Shown piece by piece: positions 24,075 to 37,637 of a stretch of DNA of 64,000 nucleotides. The position numbers were made by a program, and so were the translations under genes. A model generated the notes under the pieces. It was not told the origin of the DNA. It saw only the letters and a list, made by a program, of their open reading frames with translations, and ran no database searches. The DNA is from Convolutriloba macropyga. Its lineage: Eukaryota. Position 1 is the stretch's first letter, and each line of letters starts with the position of its first letter. Where the stretch lies: NCBI RefSeq assembly GCF_964194025.1, contig NC_134472.1, forward strand, positions 60,140,001 to 60,204,000, given 5' to 3'.

Positions 24075-26039
24075 TCTTCAGTTTTTGTCTGGTTCGAGGG
24101 AAATTTTCCACAAAAAGGCGGCAGACTTGCGATTGAGCAAGTATTGAGAACGTACAATTCTGAAATCGCTCGCGCCGCTTGATGGCGAGATTGAGAGGAG
24201 TTGATAGGTGACCATATTTTTCTAGTAACCCGTACTTGCAATGAGGATATCTTCGTCCTTATCAAATCAGAGAAGTGATTGAACTCAACTGGTGGTCAAA
24301 TGGACTCTGATTGAGGCAAAGAATGATTAACGGTTAAAGCAGGGCATAATCGCGTTTCACATAAATCTCGTCAGAAAGTGATTTGGGTCAGGTTTCATCT
24401 CAAACTGTCTGAATGTTAAACTGTTTGTCAGTTATAACGCAATGAAAAATACGGGTGTGATGTAAATTTTCTGTATAAAAACAAATCATGGACAAACTAA
24501 ATGTCGAAAAATTTTCTGGATGCTTCTGATCATTAACTAGGCAAATTACCCTCTGTAAAAGCTTAATTTGTGTTCAGTGACGAGCTAATTGCAAATTCCG
24601 GTCATGAAAATGCGTAGAAACGCACAATTCATTATCGTTGACTTTGATACTTAGAACAGAAAACACTTGAAAGGATGAATTTAGAAAACGAAACAGAAAA
24701 AGGCAACACCGATGGAGAAAAAAACGTCAAACTATTAATCTAAATCTTTAAAAATCTTCTTCTACCTAATTTCTTTTTGCATATACTTTCTTCCTCCTAT
24801 TGTTGTCGCCTGAGTTGTTGTCTCAGAGTCATCGAGTACTGTTTTTTAGTTGTTACACTTAATTAAGTTTAAGGATACTACAGTTCTATTCTAAAGTAAT
24901 ATTGAATTGCATCTGTTAAATTAATGTTCCTAAATTAGTTATTTGCTAATTATAAAAAAATTGGTATGGATTTGATTATTTCCGTATGACAGGAAAATGG
25001 TCGATCTGGAAAATCAGGGAAAATGTGGACAAAAGCTCTGGAGAAATGGAAGCAGAGAACACAGGAAAGTTGATGATTCAAGATCTAACCAAGAGGAAAA
25101 CTCAAGAAATTTTTTGCTATTTTTTTTTTAATTTGATCATCGTTTCTTTGCGTACAAACAACTTAAGATTGTCATATGCTGCTTTTGGATATTTCTTCTA
25201 ATTTCTTTCAGTTTCTCCAAAGTCAATAAACTAACGTTTTTAATGAAAATAAAAGCTCACAGAAAACAAACAATTCAACTTATCCTTCGCTGACGGCAAC
25301 TTCCGTTGTTAATTCAACTCAAGGAAATCAGCCTTGTTACAGTACATTAAAATTGAAGATATTGTAATCCAAATGTATAATCAAATAGAATTGCTCCTGT
25401 TAAATAAAAGTTCTTAGAAAGTTATTTGTCAAGAATAAAATTTTTTAGCACTGATTTGATTATTAACGTAAGACGCGGGCAGTATGACGCAACCGAACTG
25501 CATAATTTGAGAAAAATGATTGCACGAGACTGAAGACAACGTTTGTTTAAAGCTGTCACCATCAGCAGAAATCTGAAAAAATTCTGCTTGTTAATCTGAG
25601 CATTGATCTTCATTTTCTTCATACAAACAATATAAACTTTAGAAGTGCAATTTTTCGATTTTTTGGTTTTCTTCAAACTCAATGCGCTAACATTTTTGAT
25701 AAGCAGTGGCGTGAACAAAGTCAACCAATCTGTCTCTAACAATAAGGTCGGACCTCTTATTCGAATTGTATTATTATAGACATAGAGATCTGTCAACATG
25801 TTCCCTCGCTTATTTCCCTACCCATCAATTTTAGGAATTCGGTCTTATTAGATGAAACCTAGTAATTCTAGTGATTGAGAACACATCTGTTCACATAATT
25901 TCAAAATGATGAATAAGCTAAATAACTAACAATAAAACAAACAAGAATTGCATGATTGTTTTCTTAATAGTTCTGGGCCATCATTGCAACATCTATAAAG
26001 GTGAACTGTCATTGTTATATTGTTGGAGTGGTTGAAGAA

Positions 26040-29000
26040 ATGGACCAAGCCAAGTCAATGAAAATAACTCTAATTGGACACGGATACACAGGGAAAACAA
26101 GTCTGCTCAAACAGTTCACAGAAGGCAAGTACGTCACACTCTCTATTTCAATTACAACTGTAAAACTTTTTTTGGAATAATGTCAGGGTATACAATGCTG
26201 ATCTTCCCTCAACAGTCTGATTTTTGTCTGATCATAGTTTTACTGTTTCGAATAGTTTATCATAATTGCATCGTTTCGTACAATCCATCGGATTGGAAGC
26301 ATAAACTCGCTTCGCAGAATTACTTCGCAATGATTCAAGCTATGATTCTGGAGGCCCTGTTTGTAAGTTAGGCTAAAGAGCAATTTTCAGCTACAATCAA
26401 AATGTGATTGATTGCAATGCTAAACAACTACGTGCTTGAAACTTAACATAACTTCTAACGATATTGTCAGATTGACTTGGTCTTCGAGCATAGTATTTCA
26501 TGAACATAAAAGCATTAGCATTTCAAAGATGTGAATAAACTAATGTTGCATCGTAACACTGTCTATAAATTCTTTTATATTCGCCGTAAAAATACCAGAC
26601 GGAGCTGAAGTCAAGTGTGGAAATCTTCAGTCGACTAGGTATCCACTATGGTTTTATCTAAAGTACAAGGGATTTGAGTCGAGCATGCTCTTTCATACAA
26701 GACGCTTTTCGTTCATTGTCGTTTCATAAATCGAGGCTTAAACTTGAGCTCTGCTCATTCAATGTAATCATTTTCGAAGATTGCCCAGAATGAAGTCCGC
26801 GACCCAAAACAAGTAAGCGCCTGAAGGTCTTGGGCCGCGAGGGGTCTAATACCACCGAGTTCATAGTCTGGATCCTTCCTTGGTCGCGGCATTGCCTCTG
26901 GTTCCATGCCTGAATAATGTCGAGGGCATTATCATAATTAGCAACATTTGACTCATTTACAGGTGAATTTGACGAGCGTTATGTCGCAACTACGGAGGGA
27001 GGTGACTTTAAGAGTTGGGCAGTGGAGAGAGGAGGAGAACTGTATGACCTGAATCTGTGGACTGTTAGTGGACAAGCATGCAGATATCCTGGATCAGTGC
27101 CCCCTATTACCTTCAGGGGTTCTAACGCTATTGTACTAGGTGCCTCAACTTAACTCAACTATTTCACTCACTTTACCTCAACGTTATTTGTTACAAAGTA
27201 ATCTTATTTAGAGAAAATTATAACGTCCAGGGCCCAGGATTTAACAGAAAAATATGGGAAAGATGGAAAAAAGTGTAAAGAGTGCAAAAAAATGTTAGAC
27301 GGTTAGTGCTACCCTTAAAACTGTTCTAGAGCTCTTTACTAGATCATTTTTTTCTAGATTGTCAAAAATCAAACAGAAAAATTATTTAAAGAGTTTTTCC
27401 TGTCTAACAAATGAAATACAAATAAAAGAGTTTTTCGTCCGGCAAAATTTTTGCAAGTGATTTACCTGACCGCCCTCTGGGTTATCATCTTTCCGAAAAA
27501 TTATGCGGGTTGTTTTCACCTGTACACCATCTTGCCTGTACAGTGTGCAGGAAAGTTAACCTAAAATTATTATTTACTTTTGTGAGCACAATTTGGCACT
27601 AGCCGAACGAAAGCGCGCCAAAAAACATCGCCCGTTGATGTGCTCTTCTCAAAAATTTAAATTGGAGAAGATGAATTCTTCCTTCACGTTGAAAAAGATG
27701 AAGTAGCCACTGGAACAACACACTCTAGCACAATAGTTAAAATGATTGGCAGGAAAAAACTGTGCAAATTCCAGCAGATGGTCTAAAGAAAATACAAAAA
27801 TAAGAAAATCACGAAACATTTCAGCCACCAAAGAAAACATAAAAGAAACACACAAAAAATTTTTGTGCTTGCAATTCAGCAAACGCTCTACTAAAACATT
27901 GCCTATCAAAAGCTTGTTTCAGATGCTACACAAAATGACTTAAGTAAACTCTACATAGAAAGTTCGCAGAAAATGGTCAAACACAAATGAAGAAAACGTG
28001 TTTATAAAAAAAAGTGTACGAAAGACATTTTTAGAGACGCAATTTGCAAGAAATGGAAAACTCAGCAAAACAGAATTTAATTTGAAAAAAATGCGATTGT
28101 CCAGTCATTCCTGAATTGAGGTACTCAAAGAATCAAATATCCACAGAGTGTTTTTACGTTCCAAATAAAAATTTCTAAATATTATCCTTTACAATCAAAA
28201 CTAGTTTTACAGACTGAGAAAGTAGTTCTGTAACAATTAACCCTGAGCAAACAAATTGCGATCCAATGAAAAATAAACAAAAACAATTTCAACGAGAGCA
28301 AAATCTTAAAAATCATTGTATGTATATAAATCATTGTATGTATATAAACATATGCGGAACGCGTCACACAATTGTTCTTGAACTGTTCTGCATTGTAAAT
28401 TTAACAAAGAGAGCCATATTTATCAAATCAATATCCAATCAGTTATTCAACATTGCACCCTCAACATTGAATGTCAATATAATCAATAACCATAATGAGA
28501 AAAATTGAACACTTAGGTATAGTAATCTAAACAATTATTTTTCTAGCACTAACGTAATTAAACATTATTTTTCTAGCATTATCAGAAGATATTGTTTACA
28601 GGAGTGCAAAAATTTTTCTGGTCTCTCGAATTACAAAAGTATATTTTGAGTCCGAAAAATTATTCTTAATGTTATTGTTTTCAGACAGATGACAATGTGT
28701 CATAAAAACTTTCAACGGAAAAAAATATTCTACAGTTTATTTTAGATTTTTTTTCGAAATTTTATTCTGAGACAGCCAGTTTAAAAAAGACCATGTAGAA
28801 AACTGTAAGATGATTAGTTTATAATTTACCATATTTGAGTGGCCAATAAACCAAATAGAATAATTCTTTTGAATTTTTATCTTAAATGAGAATCCTTAAT
28901 GATAAAAAGAATACATAAATACAAGATTAAACATTTGAAAGATTTCGTATCTACTTCTTAAAATTTACTTTTCTGCGAATATCTTTTAGGACACAAGTAT

Positions 29001-32000
29001 ATACGAAAAGACTCTTTTCCATAGCTGCTGTTCTTTAAATAATGATACTGTGCAAATGAAGTCAAAACTGTTTTTTCCTTCAAAATCCTTTTTTCCTTCT
29101 TTCTTTAACATTTATTTATTTGAGTGAAAAGCTTAAGCCGGTTAGTTAAAGGTTTGATGCTTCTTGAAGAAAGCCAACAAGTTTCTTCTATTGGTGTTCA
29201 TCACTCTTCTATTGGCAAAAACAAAATCACTTCCTGTTTGTGAATGTGACGGGATGTTTCAGTCAAAGTTTCCGAAATTTGTATGACACATATCTTGATA
29301 GATCTTTTTCTTTCTGATAGCCACATTGAATAATCGAAATCTTTTTCTCTTGAGTTCGCCGGAGATCAATGACATCAAAATGTTAGAGAATAAAGTTGAC
29401 CACCATTTTTGTCACAAATCAGGCTGGCTTCATTTTCAAACTCTCCATTAACTCCTGCGTCCAATAATAATAATAACATTATTGTGTTCTTTAACTTGCA
29501 AAAAATAGATAGCAGAAGAAAAAACAGAGTGACTGGCAAATCTCGCAAAGCACATCAGGCCAATCTTGGCTTTTGGTACTCACGTATTGTTCCAGCTCCG
29601 TAAAATTTTTTTGTTGTGGTATTTATATCACCCTGACTGCTTTTTTGAGCAAAATTTGGCACTAACCGAACGAAAAAGCGTCAAAACAGATTGCCCATTG
29701 ATGAACTCTTCTCAAACGTCTAAATAATTGAAGTAGCCACTGGAACAATACACTCCCGCACAGTAGTTAAAATGATTGGCAGGAAAATCCCAGCAGAAGG
29801 TTTAAAGAATAACCAAAAATGAGAAAATCTGGAAAGTTTCAACTACCAATAAAAATATGAAGGAAACACAAGAAAAGGTCATGCTTGCCTTTCAGCAAAC
29901 GTTCTATGAAAGCATTGCCTATCAAAAGCTTGTTTCAAATGCTACACAAAATGACTTAAGTAAGCTATACAAAAAAATTTCAAACTTAAATGAAGAAAAT
30001 TGCGTATAAAAAGGTACGAAGGACGAGAAGCAATTTTTATCTTTAGCGATGACATTTTTTAGAGAAGCAATTTGCAAGAATTGGTAGTCTCAGCAAAACA
30101 AATTTAAACTAAAAAAATAGAATTTTTACAGTCATTCTTTGAAGTTGCATATCAATTGTTAGATATGTACTAGGTGTGATAAACTCTAGATATCTTAGAT
30201 CTACTTCAATGAAATAGAAAAAAAAACAGAAAACTGAAAAAGCTGAAAGGTCACATACCGCACCTTTGTCGATTGGAAAATGAAGTTCTTGACGCAATTG
30301 ATGATTGAAAATGACAAAATTGATGTCAACAGTCACAGTGAGACAATCATTTCACTTTCTGACCCTATCAAGCATAGCATGCAATCTCACTAGTTGGGAA
30401 ACAAAAACGTTGCAAGCAAATACAACTGAAGTACACAAGGAATCAAATATCCAGTGATTGTTTTTACGTTGCAAATAAAAACTCCAAAACGTTATCCTTT
30501 ACAATCAAAACTAAATTTACAGTCTGAAAAATCAGTTTTGTAACAATTAACTCTGTGCAAACAAATTGCGATCCAATGAAAAATAAACAAAAACAACTTC
30601 AACGAGAGCACAAATTTAAATATCAAAAAATATATATATGCAGAACGCATCGAGCTAGTAGTCACACATTTGTTGTTAAACTGTTCAGCATTGTTAATTT
30701 CAACAAAGAGAATAGAATATATCAAATCAAAATCCAGCCAGTAATTCAACATTGTATATTCAACTTTGATTATCAATATACACAATAACCATAGTGAGAA
30801 AAATTGAACACTTAGGCATAGTAATCTAAACAACATTGTTCCACATTATTTTTCTAGTTTTATCTGCAGATATTGGTTACACGAGTGCATTAATTTTTCC
30901 AGTCTTTTGGATTACAAAAGTCCATTTTGAATCAAAAAATTTATTAAGTATGTTTTTGTTTTCAGACAGATGAGAATGTGTCATAAAAGCTTTCAACGGA
31001 TAAAAGTTTTCTCCAGTTTATCCTTGAAATTTTTTTATGAAAATTTATTTTACATTGTTAAAGTTGTAGGATGAAAAGTTCATATTTACCATAATTAAGT
31101 GGCCAATAAAACAAATAGATTAGTTCTTTTGAAATTTATCTCAAATGAGAATCCTTAATGATTAAAAAAGTGCATAAATACAATGATATAAACATTTGAA
31201 AGAATTTATGTCTACTTCTTGAAATTATCTTTTAGAGTACAAGTTTATTCGAAAAGACTTTCATATCTGTTGTTCTTTAAATAATGATACTGTACAAAAT
31301 ATCATTGCTGCAATTGAAGTCAAAATTGTTTTTTCCTTAAAAATCTTTTTTTTCTTCAATCCTTAACATTCATTAGTTTGAGTTAAAAGCTTAAGCCGGT
31401 TAATTGAAAGTTTGCTGCCTCTTGAAGAAGGCCAACAATTATCTTCTTTTTTATGTGTTCAGCAGCAATTGGAACAAAATAACTTCCCGTTTGTGAATGT
31501 GACGAGATGTTTCAGTCACGGTTTCCCAAATTTGTATGATACTTATTTTGATAGATCTTTGTCTTTGTGATAGCCACATCAGTTAATCCAAAATCTTTTT
31601 TCTTGAGTTCGCCGGAGAAATTTATCAAGATTCTTTCATCTGGTTGAATCGATGGTTCAAACTAGCAAGCACCTAATTTTTCAGTTTTCAGGATCAATTT
31701 TTTTTCTAATATCATTTTTAAATGACAGACAATTGTAGATTTTTTGTTGTTGTCGTCTAATAATTGTTTCTTCTAGGGCTTGGCGTTTTGAAATTACACA
31801 AAGGTGTCCTAGGAATGCTTGAATTTTGTTTCGAAAGAATGCAAAGTCTTTTTCTTACTGTTTATTTTCTAATGTTTGTAAGCTTTTTTGAGCTTTGGCC
31901 TCTCAAGATGAGCTCCGGGAACAAAAAAAATTGTACATTCAGTCCGATTTTGTAACATCGTTCTCCACCAAAACGCTCTAATAATTATTATACTATCCTG

Positions 32001-32920
32001 ATTATATTGATAATTTCTGATTTTATTTTTATTCTAAATTTTCTAATTTCTTTCATGTCTTTGTTTGCACAAATGTCTCTGAACCACAAGTTTACATATA
32101 AACTTTTTATACTGAATACATACTATCATGATCAAAATACCAGTTTTGTCATTTTATTCTTGTTCTAAATTTTCTAATGTCACTGTTGTTATCGTTTGCG
32201 CAAATGTCTCTATGTATTCACTGCTTATCAGTGAAGACCAAAACTTAAACAAAATTGGTTACTAAAACGGTGCCATGGTGCAATGAACGTTAAACAAGTC
32301 ATTGAGAACTGCACAGACAGCATCGTTACAACTCTTTTCTTTCACACATTTCAAACCCAACTGGGAATTTAAAAATGTTCTCAAATTTTTCCCTCATAGT
32401 GAAGGTATTTTGTCGAAAAGTTTACAGCAAAAATAGGGCTTTATTTCAGAAATCATACATATCGACTTTTCTACGTTTATAATACTTCTGGACTGGGGTG
32501 GATTCATATTACTCTTCCAAGGAAAACTAAAAAAACTGACCGTATTAGATGCTATAACATCAAATGCTGAATGATTGTTTTACTTCAGTGTTTGCAATCG
32601 TTGACGAGCAGTCGATGACAGTACTTGAAGAGTGGAGGAACAAAGCACTGGAAATAGTCCACCCGGAAACTCCTTTTGTGTTAGTGGCTAACAAGTGTGA
32701 CAAAAAGCGGATGAGTGAACGTGACATTAGCCAGCTGGCTGAGCAGAGTGGCTACGACTTGTGGTTCCAGACTTCGGCCAAGACTGGAGAGAACGTCAGT
32801 CGTCTATTTGAAGAGACAGCAGATTTGGTCATTTCTAAGACTGCCAATCTCACCAGCAAAAACTCAATATTGAATTTGAGGCCTCCACGACCCAAAAAGA
32901 AAAAATGTAAATGTGGTTGA
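26040..32920 (+). CDS. Divergent Rab-family small GTPase, 197 aa (Rab32/38/29-Rab7-like); exons 26040-26124, 26963-27139, 32589-32920
   Basis: Spliced ORF of 594 nt: G1 GHGYTGKT, G2 YVATT, G3 region LWTVSGQ, G4 ANKCD, G5 WFQTSAK, C-terminal KKKKCKCG; phase-1 introns with GC-AG and GT-AG ends. Confidence 0.9.
27580..31618. repeat. Old direct duplication in Rab intron 2 (27580-29365 and 29643-31618)
   Basis: Colinear similarity from gagca.aatttggcacta.ccgaacg to cttgagttcgccggaga; copy 2 has an extra segment at about 30150-30425. Confidence 0.92.
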
Positions 32921-34040
32921 TGACTCTATGGTTTGTTCATTCTAGAATTATTAAGCTATAATTAAGTTTAGCATGATACACAATGCTGGAAAATTTGAAA
33001 AAAATTGAACGATGTATATAGTCAGTAATAACAAAAAATTTAATAAATTAGTGTTTAGGGTTAATGCTAACATTATATTCAAGATGTTTTTATAATACAT
33101 GTGTTTATTCCTAAACACTGCTGATGAGGTCTATTTTAAATGCGCATGATGTGCATATGTATATGAAAAAAGTATTGAAAGACATTTATATGCTATAGTA
33201 TATATAAAGGTGGTGCAAAATTGCGTGGGTCAATGACGGAAAATATTTATTCAAGAAAAAAGTTATTTTTTTGGGTAGCTGTATTAGTATCCAGGTTGAG
33301 GTGTTCGTTTGATCAGGACCATCCGGTAAAAAAATCAGTCATGATCAGACTTTAGTTCGATCGAATTCAACACTCATTGTGTGGGAAATCATCGTTACCC
33401 TAGTCTATACCTGAAATTTATGAAAAGATTTGAGGACTCCAGTTAAAGTCGAGGCTAATTCTTTTCATAAGTACAGCCATTTTTTTTTCATGACTCGAGT
33501 AAAGGTCTTTTCATGCGCTTTTTGTGTCAAGCGTCTTTTCATAGTTATCTTGGGTAGAGCTTGGCCTTTTTATGGGTCGACCAAATTCTTTTCAACAGTC
33601 TGTTTCTTAGCAAATTTGGATTTTTTTGAAGGAAATTTTTTCTTTTGTACATACAGAAGAAGCACCTGTGCAAGACTGAAGAGCAATGCACTAGAACACT
33701 TTAAAACTAAAGAGTTAAAAACCTGCCAAAAGGCTTAATATATTTTGCTAATTTCAAGAGAAAGCAGTTAACGCAGCTGGACTATATTGCAACAGTAATT
33801 GATTAAATAACAATAGATTTTAGTATTCTTCTTCTTAGTGGCCATAATGGAAATGTGGTGTTATTCATTTTCCCTTTCAAATTAAATAATTATCTTAAGG
33901 ACAAAAACAATCCAGTTTTTTGATAGGTGTGATTTTTGGTTCAGCTAAATCACATTAGACGAAGGAGCATGCTTGCTGACTATGATGTAAGCAATAGTTA
34001 GCAATACAATTTCACGTAATATTTTCAATGTTAAAGGACA

Positions 34041-34160
34041 GTTTTTATTGTCGAGCCAAATTCCAGGATACGTTTCGTTGTCCAGCCCGATTCCAGACGT
34101 TTTATTGTCCAGCCAAATTCCAGAGTAAGTTTTTTTTCCAGCCAAATTCGAAGACGTTTG
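34041..34160. repeat. Minisatellite, 4 copies of about 30 bp
   Basis: ttgtccagccaaattccag variants repeated four times. Confidence 0.85.
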
Positions 34161-35359
34161 TTTAAGTTCAAACCAAAATCAAGAACATCACGCAAAGTCC
34201 AGTTAAACCTTTTTCAAACTAAAAGGCTGTGGATGACAGTCTCTTCGTGCTCTAAATCGGTAGAGGAGGGTATTTTAATAACTCCAGGTCTAGAATAGGC
34301 AATTTGTTTGATTTGAGTGTGAACTTCAGAAACTTGTTGTCATCTATGTAAAAAATTGGCAAAAAGTTGTCAATCAATATTGGTTTCTGTTGAAAATGTT
34401 GATCAACTAATCATCAACTTTCCAGGGAGATATGATGGTCATGCTTTGAGTGTGTCCACAAAACGATGGGGCCCTTATTAGTGACATCATGGCATTTTTT
34501 ACATCAAAATTCTTTATGGATTTGGCTCTACAGCGCAAAATATTTGAACATCACAATATTTTCGTTTTTTTGTTTCAGCTATTTTTGTTTACTCTTTAAT
34601 TGATCATTTTATCAATGAGTTCTAACAATAAGTTCTTGTTTTGTCTGGTTTCTGATTTAGAAAAGCAACGCACCAAAATGTTCATCAAACAAGCGACAAC
34701 TGCAACTTTAGAAAGTTTCGATTATTTCAGCACCTTAGTGAAGAAGAGAGAATTTCAGCGTATCCCGTACATGATTTCAACATTTTTAAGTTTGTGAGGG
34801 CGCCTTTATATGAAGGCCTCACAAATCAATCAAAACTCTGCGTTGTTTTATAAGAAAGCATAAATCACAATAAAACGGAAGGAAGAGAATTACTTTTAAA
34901 CTACCTATTTTCACTCAATCAAGAAACGTCTTCCAGCTGGGATGACTGTTTTGTTATAGGTGTTGACAAAATAAGTCAGCCTGTTGGCAGTTTTGAGTGT
35001 TTTTCAATTTAAACTGCTCTGGCGCAATGCAATGATGGTTAGCCTTGCCCCTGCTTCGGTGTATAAAGAAACATAAAATTAAATACTACAAATAAGCAAA
35101 AATGTAGACTTATGAAAAGACTGCTTGCTCGACCCATGAAAAAACCGTGCTCGACAGGCGCTGAAAAATACTTTTGAGCGGGTAATTTTACTAGCTCTGT
35201 TTTATGGCACCGATTTAAATTACGACAGGATTAAGTTTTTGTTGCGGGATCTGTCATCGCCAAATTAAATGAAAACACAAAAGTTTTTTTTTTCAAATGT
35301 CTTTTCTTCTGGAAGCAAATATTTTTCTTTAAAACAAATTAAAAGGCAATTAAAAACTT

Positions 35360-35760
35360 TCAATATTTAAAATCTGGATGACTTTGGGGTTTATCAACTG
35401 AATGCTTAAACTTTTGAGGTTTAGATATTCTTCTCATTATTCGAAAAATTGATGTGCCCCTTGTCGTGGTAACGCTTTTTTGCCCAAATATCTGTTTTTG
35501 CATACAATTTCTATCACAACTTTTGTTAGGCTGATATATTAGTTTCTGTGGCACTATTCAGCGGTGAAATACAATGTGTCGACTTCCAGGGTTTTTGAAT
35601 TGATGCAAATTTGCATGTCAACAATTGCTTGTTGTAACGACTCACGCGCACACATTGTGGAATCTAAAATAAAGAAAATTTATTGCACACAAATTATTCG
35701 ACATTGATGCAGCATCAGAATACAAGCTTGATATTTCTTCATTCTTCCCGGGCCAAGGAG
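35360..35760 (-). pseudogene. Possible hAT transposase relic
   Basis: Minus strand SLYSDAASM followed by STHCI, resembling the second catalytic Asp and CxxH region of hAT transposases; very decayed. Confidence 0.3.
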
Positions 35761-36249
35761 AATAAAACCATACTAGAATGGGTCCAAGGGGGTAAAATAA
35801 TGTATAATAAATAAAATAAAAAATTTGTTTTCAGTACCAAATATTCAAGCTTCGAATAATTAAACTAAATTAGAGTTAAAGCGTCGTACTGAACGATTGC
35901 TAAGAGGCAGTTTGCCTGTTTCAGCACCGTTACAGAGATATTCAAAATTAGATTATGTGTTCGAAATTCATTTAGTTACTTATATTGAGACCATTCAAGA
36001 GGAACTGGAAAAAAGGGGGGTTTGATAAGCTAATTTTACGCACCAACTGTCTAATTGGTTTTACTTAAAAAAAGTTCTTTTTTTCTTTGTTATGGAGCAT
36101 ACTACCAATACATTTTTCCAAAAAAAATCGGAATCGTTTATGTAATTGTCCAGAAAGGAGTGTAGCAGTTTTTTTAATCTCTTTTCTGTGCAGATTCTCA
36201 AACTTTTTATTATATCAAAATCAAAAGTGGATAGGCTATTGTAGAGTAT

Positions 36250-37200
36250 TCTCAATCGAACTGAGATTAGTTTTCGTTTCTTGCGTGTTAATTTTTCTAT
36301 GAGAGGTATTGTTTTGATTCTTCGCTCATTGTTAAATTATCTGTCAACTTCCTTGTCAGTTATAAACAAGTTAATAGATTCACTAGGATGTTCTCTTTTG
36401 ATTACTTTAGATAAAAGTTTCAGACGTTCGTACACGTGTAGCTCAAATACTGATGGGATTTTGTTTTTTGATCTACAACTACAAACTTCTTTATATTTTG
36501 GGAACCCAAAAACTATTCTGATTAGGAAATTTTGTTGATGTTGTAGTCTTTCAAGAACACTTTTGTTTGCCGTGCCATATATTAGAACTCCGTATTGATA
36601 CTGTGGTTGAACGTATTGTTTATTAATTTTTAGAAGTAATTCTCTTTGCAGATATTTCTTTGTTTGATATAAAATCGAAATGTACTGGTAACACTTCTTT
36701 TGAACATAGTCTATGTGCTCTTCAAAAGTGAGTTTGTTGTCAATTTTAAAACCTAACTATTTGACACATTTGCTCTTCTCTACTTCTTCTCCATTCCAAA
36801 TAAGTTTTTTGTCTGATAAGTTGTTGGGTCCTAGCAGAAGTAGTTGTGTTTTTTTTAATATTTGGTGTCAGTTTGTTACTCTCTAGCCAGCTGGACATCA
36901 ACTTCAGATCAATGGTATGTTCAGTTTGCTCATATTTGCCAAATATGTTTGTGTCATCTGCGTATAACAGAATATTATTGTGCTTTGGTATGTCTACGAT
37001 ATGGTTTATATATATTAGAAACAGAAGTGGTCCTAATACCGATCCTTGAGGCACTCCGCACTCAATTTTTTTTAATTGAGGAAGATCTCCCTTTATATCG
37101 AACGAATTGTTTGCGATCTTTAAGATAAGATGTATGGCTGCAATGGGAGAATTCATAAAATATTGTCCAAATGCAACCCCCAAGTTTACAACATTTGCTC
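36250..37200 (-). mobile_element. 5'-truncated CR1/L2-group LINE RT relic
   Basis: [19 protein letters not shown]...LYADDT, then KLTFEEHIDYV and YQYGVLIYG in shifted frames. Confidence 0.9.
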
Positions 37201-37637
37201 CCTCTTGGAATCCGACGACAGTCTAAGAAAATGTAAATGTTTTGAAACAGGTAATGTGCGAAGTCCTCACATGATGTTTACTTTCGTTCCACCAAAATTT
37301 TCTTCGAACAAACAAATTTTTCAGCTCTATCTTAGAAGAGTCTTAGCATGCTGTGCTGTGACAGACTTCAAAATTATGCTCAGAATCAGTTCCTGTAGAA
37401 TAGTTAGAAAGTGGGCTAATTGTTTTGGTGAAATTCGATAACGCTATATCCTCAAAAACATTTTTGAAAGGTTTTCAGAGTGAATGAACTGTGATTAGAA
37501 AGTCACAAATTGTGATCTAAAATTTTTCCTAAATGCCAAGAGTTTAATAGAATTAATCTGCAATTAAGTCCTCAACACAGCATGAAATAGCAGTCAATTG
37601 TCAATATTGTGCGCCGTCCGTTCTGGCTGTTTATTGG

